Of a stretch of DNA of 64,000 nt, positions 40,520 through 51,307 are shown piece by piece (position 1 is the stretch's first letter; each line of letters begins with the position of its first letter). Made by a program: the position numbers and the translations under genes. The notes beneath the pieces were generated by a model that worked only from the letters and a program-made list of their open reading frames with translations, was not told the origin of the DNA and did no database searches. Source of the DNA: Candidatus Scatovivens sp. (GTDB lineage: Bacteria; Bacillota; Clostridia; TANB77; CAG-508). The DNA lies in assembly GCA_045646345.1 (NCBI GenBank), contig JAZRKN010000006.1:32001-96000 (forward strand). The letters are read 5' to 3'.

Positions 40520-43500
40520 TTATATTAATACATATTTTTTAATTAAACTTATACCTGTAGCCATTATTGTAAATACAACTAATGCAAGCCACATATATGT
40601 TGGTGCAGTACCTGTTGAAATTGATAAAATAACTTCAGCTGTATCTATATCATCTTCACCTTCTTTTTGGTTGTCTGGTGTTGAATCTATATCAGGTGTA
40701 TTACTATCATTTTTGTCTTTGCTAATTTCAGCTGTATTTATTTTCTTATCAAAGTTATTTTCATCGTTTATCCATTTTAATGTTACTTGAACAGATGCTG
40801 TTTCTCCTGGTTGTAATTTTGTATTTGATAAAGCATTTGTTGTTATTTTCTTATCTGAAACTTTTGTCCATTGTGTATTTTCTTCTGCTATAAATTCTAA
40901 TCCATCTGGAATGTAATCAGTAATTTCTGTTGCATATCCAGCAATTTCCCCTTCATTTTTAACAGTTATGTTATAAACGAATTTTACTGTTGTTGTATCA
41001 ATTTTCTTTCTGTGAATTTCAACTTTTTGTAATCCATCAGCAGATGAAACAGGTATTTCTCTTGTTGTACCATTTTCTGTAATAATTATTTTTACTAAGT
41101 CTTTTTGTAAACTTAAGTCAAAATATTTTACATATACTTTTTCATCATCAATATCATCTTCACCATCTTTATTATTGTTTGGTGTTGAATCAACATCATC
41201 AATTGGATCTCCATTTTCATCTTCATCGTTTGTTATTTCAGCTACGTTTTTAATAACTCTTTGAGCTTTATCAGTAGCTTTATTTTCTACAACTTTGAAA
41301 ACAATTAGAACATCTTCATAATCTGGTGTTTTTGAAGTTGATTTATCAAATGCTTCTAATAAGCAATTGTCTTTTCTTTCTTCAGATTTATCTTTTGATA
41401 AGTAATCTGTTTTTACTGTAACAGCAGCTTCTAAATCTGTTGTTTCATTTCCATTTTTGTCATATAATTTCCATCCGTATTTTTTATTTGTTTCATTGTC
41501 TTTAACAAATTCTAAACCTTTTGGTAAATTATCAGCTATTTCTTTAGCATATCCTGAAAGATTTCCTTCATTATATACTCTAATTGTATATGTGATTAAA
41601 TCACCATTTTCAACATGTAGTGGATCAGCAGCACCATTTCCTACAGCATAATTGATTTTTCCATCAGTTACTGTAACTTTTGGTTCTCTTCCTTCTACTT
41701 TTGTACTATTAACTTTTGTAATGAATTTTTGTAAGCTTAAGTCAAATTCTTTTGACTCTGTTGTTAAGTTTTCATAGTCATTATCATCTTCTTTTGATTC
41801 TTCACCAGGATATTCATCTGGATTTACAGTATCCGGATTTGAATCTATATCGTTAACATCTTCTCTATTTTTGTCAGAGTCTTTTGTTATTTCTGCGATA
41901 TTTCTTAAATTATGATTTGAAACTTCATCTGTTAATACAACACAAACAACTTGAATGTCTTTGTATTTTAATTCTGTTCCATTCTCTCTATCAAAACCTT
42001 CAATTAAGTTTTTAGTATCTGTATCTGCAGATTTTAATTTTGTTGATGTTAATTTTACTTTTCCAACAACAACATCAATATCTTCATATTTGTTGATATC
42101 TGCAAAATCATCAATTGAAACATTTTTTATAGCATTTTCAATTGTATTTAATTTTACTGTTTTTGTATCTTCTGGAATTGCCCAGTAGTTATCAACGTTT
42201 GTTGTATGTCCTACTAAGAATCCTAAACCTTCTGGTAAATAATCAGCAACTTCTTCTGCATAACCAGCAAGTTCACCTTCATTATATACTCTAATTGTAT
42301 ATGTTATAATGTCACCTTTTTTAACTACTAATGGTGTTTTTACTGTTGTGTATGTTGCATTAGTGCTTGTTCCATCTTTTAATTTTGATACATCAACAAC
42401 AGGTTCTCTATTAACTGCAGGTGCATTCTTATTAATTTTTGTTACAAATTTTTGTAAATTTAAGTCAAATGTTTTTCCAACTACTTCAACTTTTTCGAAG
42501 TCGTCATCATCTTCTCTACCTTTGTAGAAATAATCAGGATCTGTTAAATCTTCTTTGTTGTCATTATTTCCTGTATATCCGTTTGAATCATAATCATTTT
42601 TTGTATAATCATTGTTATCAGGAATAGAATCTCTATCATCGATTTCGTCTTCTTTAATTTCAGCTATATTTGTTAATACACTTGAAGCTTTTGCTGAATC
42701 TGTAACTTTACATTCGATTTGTACATATTTACTATCTAATGTTTCATCATTTTCTTTATCAAAAGCACCGATTACTTCGTTTCTTAAATATTCTGTTGTA
42801 TAAATCACAACATTTTCACCTTCAGAAACTTTTGTCCATCCATAAGTAGTATTAATATTACTATTTTCAACTAATTCTAATCCTTTTGGTAAAGCATCAA
42901 CTATTGTTGTTCCTCTAGCATCTATATCAGCCTCGTTGTACACTCTAATCTCATATACTATAGTATCTCCATTTGAAACTTTCACTGGAGCTTTTGCATG
43001 TCTGTAAACAGCTGTTGAACTTGTTCCTGCTTTTAATCCAGTAACATCTACAACTGGTGCTCTATTTACACTTTCATCATTTACTTTTACTATATATTTT
43101 CTTAAAGCTAAGTCTGATGTAGATCTATCAATATCATATCCAACACTTACTTTATGTGGTGTCTCACCTCTAGTTACTAATGCAACTGGTTGGTATACTT
43201 CAACACCATCTTCATTTGTTGTGTTGTTTTTCCATAAAGATGCTTTTGTCTCGAAATTAGAATATGATAATTCTACATTTACTCTAGTAATTGTTTTATT
43301 TTCTTTTGGTAGATATATGTAATATTGAACATCAAAAATTTCATTTACATTTTTATCTGTAAAATTTTCTTCACCTTCAATATATATTTTATAATCTTCT
43401 TTAGAAATTTCTTTACCATCTTGATCTAAAACTTTAATTGAATATTCTGTAGCAGCAGCTGTTCCAGAAGTCATTTTAAATGGTCCAGCAACATAATAGT

Positions 43501-44395
43501 TTGAATCATCTAAAAGAGTAGCTCCTGTTGTTGTTTCAGCTAATGCAGGATATGTAACTTTTACTGGTTCTTCTGCAACTTTAGCAGATTCTACTAAATA
43601 ATTATATAAATGAGCAGCCATTTCTTGACGATATGGGTATCCAGTTATATCGTTATAAGAACCTTCTTCAGTTGTTCCATCCATATTTATTTTCAATAAA
43701 TTGATAGCTGGTAAATTTTCTGGATTATATATTTCAACACCATCTTGATTTGTTGAATCATTATTTGTGAAATACCAAATTGCATATTGTTGAACTACAT
43801 CAATATCATCATCTGTTAAAAAAGCTTTAACAGTTTCTAAATCGTATGTTTCATAGTCAGCAAATGCTTTTGCTAAAAAATCATCTTTTTGTTCTGGTGT
43901 TTGTTTCTCTAAATACATGTTATTTAACAACCACATTAATGATTTATAGTTAGAATTCCATTTTTCTGTATCTGCATCATATTCAGCACTTAAATGTAAT
44001 GCTTTTACATTTAAATCCATTGAATCTTTTAAATCAGCTACATTTGTATATACTAAACTATTTGTTCCTGTGTTTGTCACACCTGGGAATGATTTAGTAG
44101 CATCAAGACAATAAAACATATTTTCATATGCTGTATCACCTTTTTGAACTATTTTGTATACTCTTGTTTCTCCAACAAAGTATCCATATGGAGCGATATC
44201 ATAATATTCCATTTGTTCTTCTGTTAAAGTTCCACTAGATTCAGCTCCACCTTCGTGTACAACTAATACTTGTAATTCTGCAGTTGTATCTTCATGTGTT
44301 AACGCTGCAGCAAGTACTGGTGTCGCATATGGCATTAATAAAGATATAATGCAAGCTAACACGAAAGTAATTTTTACAACTCTTCTCTTAAACAT
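40520..44395 (-). CDS. Cell-surface adhesin: thioester domain + 4 DUF11-like repeats + C-terminal sorting signal
   Basis: Signal peptide; FYCLD, QQYAIWYFT, YQP; four DLxL(R/Q)K...Y.I.V.NE...N.AEI...DxDSxP repeats; LSISTG-TM-KK tail. Confidence 0.85.
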   Translation of the reverse strand: MFKRRVVKITFVLACIISLLMPYATPVLAAALTHEDTTAELQVLVVHEGGAESSGTLTEEQMEYYDIAPYGYFVGETRVYKIVQKGDTAYENMFYCLDATKSFPGVTNTGTNSLVYTNVADLKDSMDLNVKALHLSAEYDADTEKWNSNYKSLMWLLNNMYLEKQTPEQKDDFLAKAFADYETYDLETVKAFLTDDDIDVVQQYAIWYFTNNDSTNQDGVEIYNPENLPAINLLKINMDGTTEEGSYNDITGYPYRQEMAAHLYNYLVESAKVAEEPVKVTYPALAETTTGATLLDDSNYYVAGPFKMTSGTAAATEYSIKVLDQDGKEISKEDYKIYIEGEENFTDKNVNEIFDVQYYIYLPKENKTITRVNVELSYSNFETKASLWKNNTTNEDGVEVYQPVALVTRGETPHKVSVGYDIDRSTSDLALRKYIVKVNDESVNRAPVVDVTGLKAGTSSTAVYRHAKAPVKVSNGDTIVYEIRVYNEADIDARGTTIVDALPKGLELVENSNINTTYGWTKVSEGENVVIYTTEYLRNEVIGAFDKENDETLDSKYVQIECKVTDSAKASSVLTNIAEIKEDEIDDRDSIPDNNDYTKNDYDSNGYTGNNDNKEDLTDPDYFYKGREDDDDFEKVEVVGKTFDLNLQKFVTKINKNAPAVNREPVVDVSKLKDGTSTNATYTTVKTPLVVKKGDIITYTIRVYNEGELAGYAEEVADYLPEGLGFLVGHTTNVDNYWAIPEDTKTVKLNTIENAIKNVSIDDFADINKYEDIDVVVGKVKLTSTKLKSADTDTKNLIEGFDRENGTELKYKDIQVVCVVLTDEVSNHNLRNIAEITKDSDKNREDVNDIDSNPDTVNPDEYPGEESKEDDNDYENLTTESKEFDLSLQKFITKVNSTKVEGREPKVTVTDGKINYAVGNGAADPLHVENGDLITYTIRVYNEGNLSGYAKEIADNLPKGLEFVKDNETNKKYGWKLYDKNGNETTDLEAAVTVKTDYLSKDKSEERKDNCLLEAFDKSTSKTPDYEDVLIVFKVVENKATDKAQRVIKNVAEITNDEDENGDPIDDVDSTPNNNKDGEDDIDDEKVYVKYFDLSLQKDLVKIIITENGTTREIPVSSADGLQKVEIHRKKIDTTTVKFVYNITVKNEGEIAGYATEITDYIPDGLEFIAEENTQWTKVSDKKITTNALSNTKLQPGETASVQVTLKWINDENNFDKKINTAEISKDKNDSNTPDIDSTPDNQKEGEDDIDTAEVILSISTGTAPTYMWLALVVFTIMATGISLIKKYVLI

Positions 44396-44701
44396 AAAAT
44401 CTACCTTCCTTATTTTAGTTTTTTACATAGTTATATTATTATATACTATATTTTAACTCTTTACATTTCTATGTGTCAATACCGGCAAGCCACCAAAAAC
44501 TCTTCTAACGCTTAGAGCCCCAAGTTTTGCACAGTACATATCAATTATATTACATTTTTCCTTTAAAATCAATATTTTACAACCATTTTTCTTATTTTTA
44601 CTAGGGTTTTGGGCGTTTTTAGACTTTTTGTAAAACTTTTTTATAAATTTTTATACGAATAATCCTTTTTTTCATTAATATAGTAAAAACAGGAGTATAA
44701 A

Positions 44702-45910
44702 ATGAGAAAAATTCTATTATCTTTTATTTTAATTTTATTAGTTAATCTTCCTGTTTTAGCAGATGATGTAATTGAAGGAGAAAATATTGAAGAACCTTTT
44801 TGTGCAGAAACATCAATTAATTCTTCAAACGAGCCTGTAACTCAATCAAAAAATATTATAGTATTAGATAGGAAAACCCTCTTACCTCTTTATGAAAAAG
44901 ATGCTTATTCTAAAGTTGCAATGGCTTCTACCACAAAAATTCTTACTTGCATTATAGCTTTAGAATCTTGTTCTTTAGAAGAAATAGTTCCAATCTCCAA
45001 AAAGGCTGCTTCAGTATCTGGGTCTACGCTCGGAATAACTCAAAACACAAAAATCAATATGAATGATTTGCTTTATGGATTAATGTTACGTTCTGGAAAC
45101 GATTGTGCAATTGCAATTGCCGAATATATCAGTGGAAGTACAGAAAACTTTTCTGTTTTAATGAATAAAAAAGCCAAAGAACTTGGTTTAAAAAATTCTA
45201 ATTTTGTTACTCCACACGGCCTTGATGATCCCAAACACTACACAACAGCATATGAATTAGCCCTTTTAACCAATTATGCTTTAAATAATTTAAAATTTTT
45301 AGAAATAGTTTCTACAAAAACTTGTACCATTTACTTAAATGATATTCCTCGCACAATTTCAAATACCAACGAATTACTTGGAAATACTCAAGGGGTTTAT
45401 GGTGTAAAAACCGGATTTACTTTTGAAGCTGGCCGTTGCCTAGTTTCATCTTGTAAACGTAACAATTTAGATATAATCATTGTAGTTTTAGGGGCCGACA
45501 CAAAACGAATCCGAACCACAGACAGTATACAACTAATAAACTATATTTTTAAAAATTATAATTATATAAATGTAAAAAACACTCTAAAAAACGCATTTAA
45601 TGATTACTTACCTATTTTCAATACTACTTATAAATTAGAAAAAACAAATGATATTCCTATCTTAGAACTTGATATTTTAGAAAACTACGATTTTCCTTTA
45701 TCTGATACTGATTGTTTAAACTTACATACGCAAATTTATACTATTGAAAGTTTCAATTCGGATATAAAACCAGGAACCATTGTAGGGAAACTACATTTAT
45801 ATCGTGATAACGACCTTCTATGCTCTGTTAATATATTGATTAAAAATGAACTTTCAAAAAACAGTTGGAAATATTATTTTTTTAGAATTCTTTCACATTA
45901 TAAAGTTTAA
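44702..45910 (+). CDS. D-alanyl-D-alanine carboxypeptidase (peptidase S11, DacB/DacF-like)
   Basis: MASTTKI (SxxK), SGND, VTPHGL, KTGFT. Confidence 0.93.
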   Translation: MRKILLSFILILLVNLPVLADDVIEGENIEEPFCAETSINSSNEPVTQSKNIIVLDRKTLLPLYEKDAYSKVAMASTTKILTCIIALESCSLEEIVPISKKAASVSGSTLGITQNTKINMNDLLYGLMLRSGNDCAIAIAEYISGSTENFSVLMNKKAKELGLKNSNFVTPHGLDDPKHYTTAYELALLTNYALNNLKFLEIVSTKTCTIYLNDIPRTISNTNELLGNTQGVYGVKTGFTFEAGRCLVSSCKRNNLDIIIVVLGADTKRIRTTDSIQLINYIFKNYNYINVKNTLKNAFNDYLPIFNTTYKLEKTNDIPILELDILENYDFPLSDTDCLNLHTQIYTIESFNSDIKPGTIVGKLHLYRDNDLLCSVNILIKNELSKNSWKYYFFRILSHYKV

Positions 45911-45962
45911 TTTGCTTTTTTATGGGTAAAATCTTTTTAAATATTTAAGGAGGTTTTTATTT

Positions 45963-46712
45963 ATGAAAGATTTTATTTTGAAAAATAAATTTATAATTTT
46001 ACTTATTTCTATTATTTTTATTTTAACCGTCAGTTTATTTGCTACTTGTTTTGGAATGGATGATTTCGAACAATTAGATTATTCTTTGGGAATAGTAAAT
46101 ACAGATTATTTAAATATGAGAACCGGATCTGGAATAAATTATGACGCAATTACAATCTTAAATAAAAATGAATATGTAAGAATTTTTGGAAAAATTGGAC
46201 AGTGGTACATTATTCAAAATGAAAAAAATCAAATTGGTACAGCTCACATAGATTATATAACTCCGACTGATTCCCCAAAAGCTGCAGTTTCCAATGCTGA
46301 ATCGATTGAAAATGTTTCTATACCAAATTTAACAGATGATGAAAATGAGCTTCTTACTTTAATAAATATAGAAAGAGAAAAAAACAATCTATTGCCATTC
46401 AAAATTGATGAAAATTTACAAAATGTGGCAAGACTTAAAGCTCAAGATTTAGTTGAAAACAATTATTTTTCACACATATCTCCTGTGTACGGAACCCCGT
46501 TTGAAATGTTAAAAAACAATCAAATCTCTTACAAAACAGCTAGTGAAAATATTGCAGGTAACACGAGTATTTCCGGAGCACTAGATAGTTTTTTAAGTTC
46601 CGATGCTCATAAGAAAAACATATTAAGTAATGATTATAATTATACAGGTTTAGCTGTTGTTGACAGTATTGCTTATGGTAAAATTATTGTTCAATTATTT
46701 ATTGGCAAATAA
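45963..46712 (+). CDS. SH3b + CAP/SCP domain secreted protein (YkwD-like)
   Basis: LNMRTGSG (SH3b); LINIER, ARLKAQD, YFSHISP, ENIA, HKKNIL (CAP). Confidence 0.88.
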   Translation: MKDFILKNKFIILLISIIFILTVSLFATCFGMDDFEQLDYSLGIVNTDYLNMRTGSGINYDAITILNKNEYVRIFGKIGQWYIIQNEKNQIGTAHIDYITPTDSPKAAVSNAESIENVSIPNLTDDENELLTLINIEREKNNLLPFKIDENLQNVARLKAQDLVENNYFSHISPVYGTPFEMLKNNQISYKTASENIAGNTSISGALDSFLSSDAHKKNILSNDYNYTGLAVVDSIAYGKIIVQLFIGK

Positions 46713-46719
46713 AAAAACA

Positions 46720-46749
46720 AATCCTGAAGTTTAATACTTCAGGATTTAT
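46720..46749. terminator. Bidirectional terminator
   Basis: ATCCTGAAGT/ACTTCAGGAT between convergent genes. Confidence 0.8.
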
Positions 46750-46765
46750 TATTTTATTCTTTATT

Positions 46766-46936
46766 TTAGAATTTTCTTTTTCTAGCAGCCTCTGATTTTT
46801 TCTTTCTTTTTACGCTAGGTTTTTCATAGTGCTCTCTTTTTCTAACTTCTTGTAATACTCCATTTCTAGCACATTGTCTTTTAAATCTTTTTAGAGCATC
46901 TTCTATATTACCATTATTAACTTTAACCTCTGACAT
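46766..46936 (-). CDS. rpsU: 30S ribosomal protein S21
   Basis: ALKRFKR...[25 protein letters not shown]; true start ATG 46936 with SD GGAGG. Confidence 0.97.
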   Translation of the reverse strand: MSEVKVNNGNIEDALKRFKRQCARNGVLQEVRKREHYEKPSVKRKKKSEAARKRKF

Positions 46937-47062
46937 TAATTGTTTCCCCTCCTTCCGAAGCTTAAAAAACATCTTGTGGGATTGATTTTTTTCTGTAATT
47001 AATCCTCTAGATTCGCTTAACTGCTTAATATTATACATTACAAAATAGGTTTTTGTCAATAG

Positions 47063-48010
47063 TTAATTTACGTCAAATAATTCTCCAATTGAAGTTTCTG
47101 TATGAATTCTTTTTATTGCTTCTCCAAAAAGTTCAGAAATTGAAACCACGCTTATTTTTTCTATTTGCTTTTCCTTTGGCAACGGAATAGTGTTTGTCAT
47201 TACAAAATCTTTTATTTCAGATTTTTCAAGCCTCTCAATAGCAGGACCTGAAAGCACTCCATGTGTACATCCTACATATACATCTTTAGCACCAAATTTT
47301 TTACAAACCTCTACTGTTTCCATTATAGAACCGGCTGTATCTACTTCATCATCAAAAATAAGTGCATTTTTTCCTTTAATCTCTCCAATTACGCTTGTTG
47401 CTATAGCTCTATCGTCATTTCCATCTCTTCTTTTATCAACTAATGCAATAGGACAATTGAAATGTTCTGCATATTTATATGCTTTTTTAGAGCTTCCTGC
47501 ATCTGTTGCAACAACAACTTTATTGTCTATATTTTTCAAATCAAAGTATTTTTCTAATAATGATTCTCCTGTTAAAACATCACAATTAATATTAAAATAA
47601 GCTTGAATTGCTTTATTATGAAGATCACAGGTTAACACTCTGTTTGCACCTGCCGCTTCAATTAATTGTGCTAATAATTTTGCTGTAACTGGTATTCTTG
47701 GTTGATCTTTTTTGTCAGATCTTGAATACATATAATATGGTAATACTACTGTAATTCTCTTAGCTGACGCTCTTTTTACTGCATCAATTGTTATTAGTAG
47801 TTCCATTATTCTCTCGTTTACTGGTGGTTGCGTTGTTTGAACTAAAAATATATCTTTATCTCTTACAGTTTCTGCAATTTGAACGAAATTATTATCATTT
47901 TTAAATTTCATTCTTGTAATATTTCCTTTTTCAATATTTAAATAATTACAAATTTCTTCTGTAAATTTTTCTGCTGAATCACTACATGCAAATACTTTTA
48001 GATTTTCCAT
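47063..48010 (-). CDS. prs: Ribose-phosphate pyrophosphokinase
   Basis: ELLITIDA, PYYMYSRSDKK, CDLH, DKRR, FDDEVDTAGS, THGVLSG. Confidence 0.95.
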   Translation of the reverse strand: MENLKVFACSDSAEKFTEEICNYLNIEKGNITRMKFKNDNNFVQIAETVRDKDIFLVQTTQPPVNERIMELLITIDAVKRASAKRITVVLPYYMYSRSDKKDQPRIPVTAKLLAQLIEAAGANRVLTCDLHNKAIQAYFNINCDVLTGESLLEKYFDLKNIDNKVVVATDAGSSKKAYKYAEHFNCPIALVDKRRDGNDDRAIATSVIGEIKGKNALIFDDEVDTAGSIMETVEVCKKFGAKDVYVGCTHGVLSGPAIERLEKSEIKDFVMTNTIPLPKEKQIEKISVVSISELFGEAIKRIHTETSIGELFDVN

Positions 48011-48073
48011 ATTCTAAAATATATCTCCTTTTATTTTTATTTAGGTTTAAAGATTACCTATAACTTATAATAA

Positions 48074-48826
48074 TTATAAATTATTATCTTCTTTATTATT
48101 GATTCCTTCTGCAGCTATTCTTTCTTCTGTTTCTTGTATTTCAAATGCTGGTACAATTGATATTATATTATTCTCTTGACTTGCAACAGGAATAGAAACT
48201 TCACTTCTAATTGTTTCTTGTTGCTCTTCTGTAGCATCTGTACTATCTTTAATTTCTTTAAATAATACAATTTTAGGATTTTTATTTTCATATCTTGCTT
48301 CATCGCCAAACTTTAGTCTTACAACTGAACCAGTTTTTAAACTTTCTTGCACATCTATTTTCTTTTGGTTTGTTGAACCTCTAAATTTCAAATCTACCAA
48401 TTTCTTTTCTTCAACAAATTCTCCATCAACTATGATATCAATTCCTTCTAAAAGTTCTTTTGTATATGAATATTCTTTATACATTTTTCCATATACATCT
48501 TTTTCGAAATCATATCCTGTATAACACCAAATTGTTTTGTCAGGATAAACTTCTTTTACTTTTTTTACTAAAGGAACTAATCCTTGTTGATTAACAAGCT
48601 CTAATGGTTCGCCTCCTAAAATAGAAAGTCCTGCAATATAGCTTGGTTTTAATAAATCTATTATATAATCAATTGTACTTTCATCAAATTTTTTACCATA
48701 ATTAAAATCCCAAGCTTCTTTATTATGACATCCTTTACAATGAAAGTGACAACCACTAACATATATTGAAACTCTTACTCCAGTTCCGTCTTGTACATCT
48801 ATTGTTTTTATATCTGCGTAATTCAT
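48074..48826 (-). CDS. nrdG: Anaerobic ribonucleotide reductase activating enzyme with a C-terminal extension
   Basis: GCHFHCKGCHN radical-SAM motif, LGGEP, VDGEF, FRGSTNQ. Confidence 0.95.
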   Translation of the reverse strand: MNYADIKTIDVQDGTGVRVSIYVSGCHFHCKGCHNKEAWDFNYGKKFDESTIDYIIDLLKPSYIAGLSILGGEPLELVNQQGLVPLVKKVKEVYPDKTIWCYTGYDFEKDVYGKMYKEYSYTKELLEGIDIIVDGEFVEEKKLVDLKFRGSTNQKKIDVQESLKTGSVVRLKFGDEARYENKNPKIVLFKEIKDSTDATEEQQETIRSEVSIPVASQENNIISIVPAFEIQETEERIAAEGINNKEDNNL

Positions 48827-49056
48827 CTTTTCTCCCTCTTAATCCGTATATTTATAACGTTCGCTTGTTCTTTTGATTACTAAATTGTGTTCATTTAGTA
48901 AATTTTCAAGTACTTATAACTACAAAACTTTTTATAAGTTTGTATAATATTAGAAAATTCAAGCCGTTTGAATTATAAAATTATTTTATTTTCAAACGGC
49001 TCCTTTGTAAATTATTCACTTTTGTGTACTTACAAATTTGTCTTTAGTTTCCCAAA

Positions 49057-51198
49057 TTAAATGTGTAGTACTCTTGATTTTATTTCTTTTGTTTTTCCAA
49101 CATTCCAGAAGTTTTCTCCTAAGTAACCACATGTTCTTCTTGTTACGTTCATTTTGCCGTGGTCTTTATTACCGCATTGTGGACATTCCCATTCATTATC
49201 ATCATTGATTTGAATTTCTCCGTCATATCCACAAACGTGACAGTAATCTGATTTTGTATTGAATTCAGCATATTGAATATTATCGTAGATAAATTTAACG
49301 ATTTCTTCTAATGCTTCTAGATTATTTTTCATATTTGGTATTTCAACATAAGAAATAGCTCCACCTGAAGATATTGGTTGATATTTAGATTCAAATTTTA
49401 ATTTATCAAATGCACTAATTTTTTCTCTAACATCAACATGATATGAATTTGTATAATATCCTTTGTCTGTAATATCTTCGATATCACCAAATCTTTCTTT
49501 GTCTACTCTTGCAAATCTATAGCATAAGCTTTCTGCTGGAGTTCCATAAAGAGCAAATCCAAGTCCTGTTTCTTCTTTCCATTTGTTAACTCTTTCTCTC
49601 ATGTAGTTCATAATTCTTACTGAGAATTCTTCTCCAACTGGATCTGTATGGCTTACACCTTTCATTAATTTTGTTACTTCATAAATTCCTATGTATCCTA
49701 AAGAAATTGTTGAGAAGTATGAATTTAATAATGGATCAATTACTTCACCTTTTCCAAGTCTAGCAATTGCACCATATTGCCAATGTATTGGTGATGCGTC
49801 AGACATTGTTCCTAAAAGCGCATTGTGTCTGCACATTAACGCATCAAAACATAATTCTAATCTTTCATCAAATAATTTCCAGAATTTTTCTTCATCTCCA
49901 TTAGCAATAATTCCGATTTGTGGTAAGTTAATACTTACAACACCTTGATTAAATCTTGACTCGAAAACATATTCTCCTTTTTCATTTTTCCAAGGTGATA
50001 AGAAACTTCTGCATCCCATTGGGCTAAATACGTTTCCTTCATAGTTTTCTCTCATTATTTTTGCTGAGATATAATCTGGATATAATCTTTTTGAAGAACA
50101 TTTAACTGCAAGTTTTGTTAAATAATCATATTTTCCACCTTTTAAGCAGTTGTGTTCATCTAAAACATAGATTAATTTTGGAAATGCTGGTGTTATATAA
50201 ACACCTTTATCATTCTTAATACCTTGTAATCTTTGTTTTAAAATTTCTTCTATAATCATAGCATTTTCTTCAATGTATTCATCATCTTTATCTAAATACA
50301 TAAATATTGTTACAAATGGGCTTTGTCCGTTTGTTGTCATTAATGTATTTATTTGATATTGAATTGTTTGAACACCTGAAGCTAAATCTTCTGCTCTTCT
50401 TTCAGCAGCATCTTCTTTTGCTCTTTCATCAGCTTCTTCTTTAGAATATCCTTTTTCAACATATCCTAAAAATCTTTTTTTGTATATTTTGTCATAAGTT
50501 TTTCTTAAATATTTTCCTAAATGACGAATATCTACTGATTGTCCACCATATTGACTACTTGCTACAGCTGCGATGATTTGAGTCATAACTGTACAAGCAA
50601 CTTGGAATGATTTTGGACTTTCAATCATTTTTCCATTCATTACTGTTCCGTTATCTAACATATCACCTATATTTACTAAACAACAGTTATGCATTGGTTG
50701 AACAAAGTAATCTTTATCATGAAAATGTAAAATTCCATCATTATGAGCTTTAACAATTCTTTCTGGTAGCATTACTCTATCAGCTAAATCTTTTGAACAT
50801 TCTCCAGCTATTAAATCTCTTTGTGTAGAAACTAATACTGCATTTTTGTTACTATTTTCTTCCATTGTTTCTTTGTTTGCATTTCTAACTAATGTTAAAA
50901 TGCTTTCATCTGTTGAGTTTGCTTGACGAATCATTGCGTGTTTATCTCTATATAATATATATTTTTTAGCTAATGTAAATTTACCAAACTCCATTAACTT
51001 ACGTTCTATAATATCTTGGATTTCTTCAACATGCATTGAAGCTTTATTTAAACTTTCAATATATTTTGTAATAAATTCAATTGATGATCTTGATATTTTA
51101 TCTTTTCCACCAACCTCTTTATTTGCGTTACTAATAGCTATTACTATTTTATCGCTGTTATACTCTACTTTTCTTCCGTCTCTTTTAATTACTTTCAT
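49057..51198 (-). CDS. nrdD: Anaerobic (class III) ribonucleotide reductase
   Basis: ATP-cone VIKRDG, NCCL, MGCRSFL, TPAESL, CHVC/CPQC, RRTCGYLG; start moved to ATG 51198 with SD GGAGG. Confidence 0.98.
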   Translation of the reverse strand: MKVIKRDGRKVEYNSDKIVIAISNANKEVGGKDKISRSSIEFITKYIESLNKASMHVEEIQDIIERKLMEFGKFTLAKKYILYRDKHAMIRQANSTDESILTLVRNANKETMEENSNKNAVLVSTQRDLIAGECSKDLADRVMLPERIVKAHNDGILHFHDKDYFVQPMHNCCLVNIGDMLDNGTVMNGKMIESPKSFQVACTVMTQIIAAVASSQYGGQSVDIRHLGKYLRKTYDKIYKKRFLGYVEKGYSKEEADERAKEDAAERRAEDLASGVQTIQYQINTLMTTNGQSPFVTIFMYLDKDDEYIEENAMIIEEILKQRLQGIKNDKGVYITPAFPKLIYVLDEHNCLKGGKYDYLTKLAVKCSSKRLYPDYISAKIMRENYEGNVFSPMGCRSFLSPWKNEKGEYVFESRFNQGVVSINLPQIGIIANGDEEKFWKLFDERLELCFDALMCRHNALLGTMSDASPIHWQYGAIARLGKGEVIDPLLNSYFSTISLGYIGIYEVTKLMKGVSHTDPVGEEFSVRIMNYMRERVNKWKEETGLGFALYGTPAESLCYRFARVDKERFGDIEDITDKGYYTNSYHVDVREKISAFDKLKFESKYQPISSGGAISYVEIPNMKNNLEALEEIVKFIYDNIQYAEFNTKSDYCHVCGYDGEIQINDDNEWECPQCGNKDHGKMNVTRRTCGYLGENFWNVGKTKEIKSRVLHI

Positions 51199-51279
51199 TG
51201 TTTTGTATCCTCCCCCAAAATTATAGAACTTTTTTTGCATTTTTATTATATTTTTCTTTCGTAACTCAAATCTGTCCTT

Positions 51280-51307
51280 ATTTTAACATTTAAAAAAGTA
51301 ATGTCAA
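51280..51307 (-). promoter_or_regulatory. sigma-A-type promoter of nrdD
   Basis: TTGACA, 16 nt spacer, TAAAAT with TG extension. Confidence 0.65.

Noticed and set aside
48011-48030. prs as a fourth SD-hairpin-AUG case (14-nt spacing)
   Set aside because: The only possible stem is very weak and includes the AUG itself; long spacing alone is not enough
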